Assembly (NCBI GenBank): GCA_004431415.1
Contig: QPMI01000318.1
Location: 21,503-85,502 of the forward strand
DNA: 64,000 bases
Source: Cyanophora paradoxa CCMP329
Lineage: Eukaryota; Plantae; Glaucophyta
Direction of reading: 5' to 3'
Position 1 is the first letter of the stretch; each line of letters starts with the position of its first letter. This document shows, one piece after another, positions 60,007 through 64,000 of this stretch. A program made the position numbers and the translations under genes. The notes under the pieces were generated by a model. The model saw nothing but the letters and a program-made list of their open reading frames with translations, was not told where the DNA came from and did no database searches.

Positions 60007-63000
60007 TCAGGGGCGGGGCGGTGCTGCGAGAGCGACGAAGGCGTCCTCGAGGGAGGGCGAGGAGGGGGCCCAGGCCGCGACGGGGCCCCCGGGCAGCAGG
60101 CGGCCCCGCTCGAGGGCCTCGCAGGCCGCCCGGAGCGCCCCCGGGGGCACCCGCGCCACGAACGAGGCCTCGTGCAGCGAGACCACCCGCGCCTGCCGCC
60201 CCGCCCGCCACCCGCTCGCCCGGCGCGGGGCGGCGCGGGGCGGCGCGGGGAGGCGCAGCGGGGTAGGGCGCGTGCGCACCGCGGGGGGAGGAGGGCGAGG
60301 GCGGCGGCGCGGCGCCGGGGGCCGGGGCGCAGGAGACGGCGAGGGAGAAGCGGTCGAGATCGGGGCCGGCGGCGGCGAGGAGGGCGCGGGGCGGGTGGGC
60401 GGTCGCGACGAGGCGGCCCTCCGCCAGCACCGCCACCCACGTGCACAGCGCTGCCCCACCCCCGTCAGCGGCCCGCGAGGCGGCCGCTGGAGCGGGGCGG
60501 GCGCGGGAGCAGGGCGGGCCCTCGTCTCGGCGGCGCTGTGGGAGGTGAGGAGGTGGCGCGGGAGGGGTGGCGGGCGGCGGCGAGGAGGGCGGCGGCGGCG
60601 CGGCGGTGCTTGGGGTCGAGGGAGGAGCCGAACTCGTCGAGGAGGAGCAGGCGGGCGCCCCCGCGAGGGCCACCGCCAGCTGCAGCCGCCGCCGCATGCC
60701 CCCGCTCAGCTCCCGCGCCCGCCGGTGGCCCTCCCCCTGGAGGCCGACCTGCAAGGGGGTGAGGGGGCGGGGGCGGTGCGGGCGCGGGGGGCGGGGGCGG
60801 GGGCCTGGGCGAGGAGGGCGGCGGCCTCGCAGGCGGCGTCGGGCACGCCCCTCACCCGCGCGAAGAGCAGCACGTGCTCCCCGGCCGTGAGGTCCCCCCA
60901 CAGGGCCTCCCCCTGCGGGCAGTACCCGATCGCCCCGCCCCCCGCCCCCCCGCCCCGCAGCCGCCTCCCCTCCAGTAGCACCGCCCCGCCCGACGGCTCC
61001 AGGCGCCCCGTGAGGACCCTGCCAGCGCCCCGCCCGCTCAGCGGCGCTCGCGATCAGACGCCGGGGAGAGACGGCCCCGCACTCGAGGAGGGTGCTCTTT
61101 CCTGCCCCGCGCGCGTCGGAGAGGAGCCTCGGAGGCGAGGCAGAGGGAAGCGGGGTGCTCACCGGCGCCGTTGGAGCCGACGAGCCCGAGGAGCTCCCCG
61201 CCGCGCACCTCCAGCGAGACCCCCGCCAGCGCCGCCCGCCCCGCCCCCTCGTACCGCTGCCCCCCGCCCCCCGCCCCTCGCCCCCCGCGGGGCGCAGGCG
61301 GTGGACGAGGCGGGCGCACGACGGTGAGGTCCCGCACCGCCAGCAGCGCCGGCGCCCCGGCCCCGGCCCCGCCCCTCGCCCCTCCACGTCTCTAGCCCCT
61401 CCCCTCCCCGCCGCGCCCTCCTCGCCGCTTCCCCGGTCCCTGTGCGCGGGCCCGTCACGCGGCACCGGCGCCGGCGGCGGGGGCCAGCACGGGACGCACA
61501 GGAGGGCGGCGCGAGCCGGCTCATCGGGAGCGGGGTGCGCGGGCGGCGGAGGCGGCGGAGGGCGCGGCGGAGCGGGGCGAGCGGGGAGGCGGCGGGGCGG
61601 GCCCGGGTCGAGGGCGAGGGCGAGGGCGGCGAAGGCGGCGGCCTGGAGGGCGAGGGGTGGATGTCTGAGCTCGTGTACACCGGGGGTGTATACCTGGAGT
61701 CCGAGGGCGGCGAGGGAGGAGCGCAGCTGCGGGACGCTCCCGTCCAGCAGCGCCCCGGCCCCGCGCACCGGCCCGCCCCGCACGCCCCCGACAGCGCCGC
61801 CACCGCCCGCGAGGCCGCCGCGTGCGGCAGCGCCGCCGCCCACAGCGGCAGCCGCTCTGCCACCGCCCCGTGAGGCCGCGCGGGGCGGGGCGGGAGGACG
61901 GCGGGCGGCGGGGCGAACGATCTGGGTAGGGTACACGGCGCCGAGGGCGATGGCGATGAGGGAGAAGAGGAGGGCGGCGGCGTAGCCCAGGGCGGCGGCC
62001 CGCGGGCGGCGCACGAAGGCGGCCGCGAGGTGCGCCAGGCCCACCTGCGCCCCGCGCGGTCGGGCGCGAGGCCGGCGCGGGGCGGCGGGGCGGGCGGTGC
62101 CTGGGCGAGGCCGAAGAGGGCGGCGAGGGCGGCGAGGAGGGCGGGGGAGGTCTGCGTGAAGAAGCGCGCCCGCAGCAGCAGCGCCCCCGCCCCGCGAACG
62201 CTGCGCCGCCCTCGCCCCCGAGGCGGGCGGGGAGGCGGGCGGGCGGGGGGGCGGGCGGACCGAGGCAGGAGGCGGCGTAGAGGAAGAGGGCGGCGGTGGC
62301 GTGCGCGGCGTGCAGCACCACGGCCCCACCCGGCCTGCCCGCCTCGCCCGCCCGCCTCGCCCCGTCCGCGGCGCGGCGCGGGGGCGGGGCGGGGCGCACG
62401 AGGGCGAGGAGGCCGGTGAGGCCGGCGCTGCGCTCCTGGACCAGGGCCGCAGCGCGGCGGGCAGGAGCGGGGAGAGGGCGAGGGGTACAGGGCGGCCTCC
62501 AGGGCCGTCAGCACGCGCCCGACGAGGGCCGCCAGCGCTTCCTCCCGCGGCCACGCCTGCAGCGAGGCCCGCACCCGCAGCCCCGCCCCCGCCCCTGCCA
62601 GTCCCCGGCCATCAGCGGCGCGCGGCGCACGGCGCGCGGGGGCGGGGGGCGCCGTGGGCGGCGGCGAGTGCGTGGGCGATGGAGAGACGGGCGTGGGCGG
62701 GGTCGACGCGTGTGCCGGTGCCGTCGTCGAAGAGGGCGAGGTCGTTGCGGCGGTGGTTCTGCCACAGCGCGTTCTCGTTGGCCTGCACCGTGAAGCGCAG
62801 CCGCCGCGGGCCCGCCTCCTCCACCTCCACCACCCCGTCCGGCACCTGCGCCACGCACAGAGCCGCGCGCGGGCGGTGCTCGCTGTCAGGAAATGCACTC
62901 TAGCTCCGGGCGATGCGCGGGAGCGTGGGGGGCCGGGCACGGCGTCGCGGAGGGCGGAGCGCTTGATCTGCTCGACGGAGCGCCGGTTGTACTCCCGCAG

Positions 63001-63921
63001 CGCCGCCGCCACCGCCTCCTCCACCGCCCTCCCCGCCCCCGCCCCGCCCCGCGCCGACGTGAAGTTCTCTGCAGCCACCCTGCCCCGGCACGCGCGCCCG
63101 CTCGCCGTCATGATCAGGCGTCCCTCCAAAGCCCCGAGGGGGGGGAGCGCGCCAGTAGGGGACCTGCGTGCGGGTGGGTGAGGGTGGCGGGACGGCCGGG
63201 GGCGCGAGGGCGCACCAGGATGAGGTTGTGGAGGGGGTCGAAGGGCGAGGGGCCCCGCTCCCAGTCCCTGTAGTCCCGGCAGATCGCCTGCTTCACCCGC
63301 CCCAGGAGCCCTGCCGCTGCAAGCGCGCGAGGGTCGGCGGCCACGCGTACGGGCGCTCACGCGCACGAAGGCGGACCCGATCCCGCCGGGAGACGAGGCT
63401 CCGACGCGTTCACGTCGAATCCGTCGCGGCCGCTAAAGCCGAGGAACGCCGCGGCTCCGGGCGATGGATCGCTGTTAATCACGACGAAGTACTCGTTGCA
63501 CTCCAGGCCTTCCGCCCACGTCCTCTCCGTCTGCGACTTGCAGAATGAGAACCCAAGGCGTGCGCACCGCGGCAACCGGACCGCATTCGGGAGAGCGCCG
63601 CGTACGCGCGGGTCTAGCTAGCGCCTCCGCTTGCGCACCTCTGCACCGAGCGGACGCGGCGGCCAGTAGACCGGGAGAGAGCCGAAAACTTTTGAGCGGA
63701 TAAGCAACTCCAATGAGGCGAGCAGCGCGATCGCCACGAGCGGAGATAGAATTTGGCACAGCGTGTGAGATCGCGCGCGCCACTGTAGAGTCGCGTCCTT
63801 GGCAATCTGCATGAGTACGTTTTCGTGCGCGCGCGCCACGGCGCAGGCGAGCGAATGGGCTATGCACACGCATGCGCACCAGAGCGTAGAGTGTGCGGGC
63901 CGCCCGCGGCGCGCGGGGCAT
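60007..63921 (-). CDS. ABCA-subfamily half-size ABC transporter
   Basis: N-terminus AL|IAKDATLQWR...QILSP + TM helix; TM bundle; Walker A GSNGAGKS, IGYCPQ, signature LSGGMRRRL, Walker B LLLDE, H-loop LTSH, SLEDAF. Apparent indels present. Confidence 0.88.
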
Positions 63922-64000
63922 GTTGGCGTTTCAACTCCTGTACCCCACCTTCCGCAGCGTTTCGGATTCCAAGCGAGGCTCAGCTGCAGCTTCCGCAGTT

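Overview
Gene-dense, very GC-rich eukaryotic nuclear DNA with about 25 intron-rich genes and introns of mostly 55-90 nt. The six-frame ORF track is therefore mostly fragments and shadow ORFs; the gene models here were spliced by eye. Phe-containing plastid transit peptides (MEQLAFV, MSAAFF), a SOQ1-like gene and a cyanobacterial-type DUF3082 gene suggest a glaucophyte such as Cyanophora (inference). Genes: HSL esterase, HAD-less SOQ1/NHLRC2, FkbM methyltransferase, GGR-family flavoprotein hosting a C/D snoRNA, diflavin reductase, F-box/LRR, HisRS with a HAL-like N-domain, metacaspase, TEY MAPK, RCC1 repeat, METTL21-like, eIF4A3, UDP-galactopyranose mutase, IscA2, RAB3GAP2-like, WD40, RPL12, a 4x80-aa repeat protein, RlmN, SIZ/PIAS-like and ABCA. 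The most unusual signals are architectural: (1) a nucleosome-scale C-rich/G-rich skew wave through gene bodies that tracks intron sequence and synonymous codon choice; (2) frequent GC-AG introns without polypyrimidine tracts, 5-12 nt microexons and one U12-type AT-AC intron; (3) intergenic DNA built from overlapping palindromes, with a tandem duplication whose copies differ by palindrome-creating indels.
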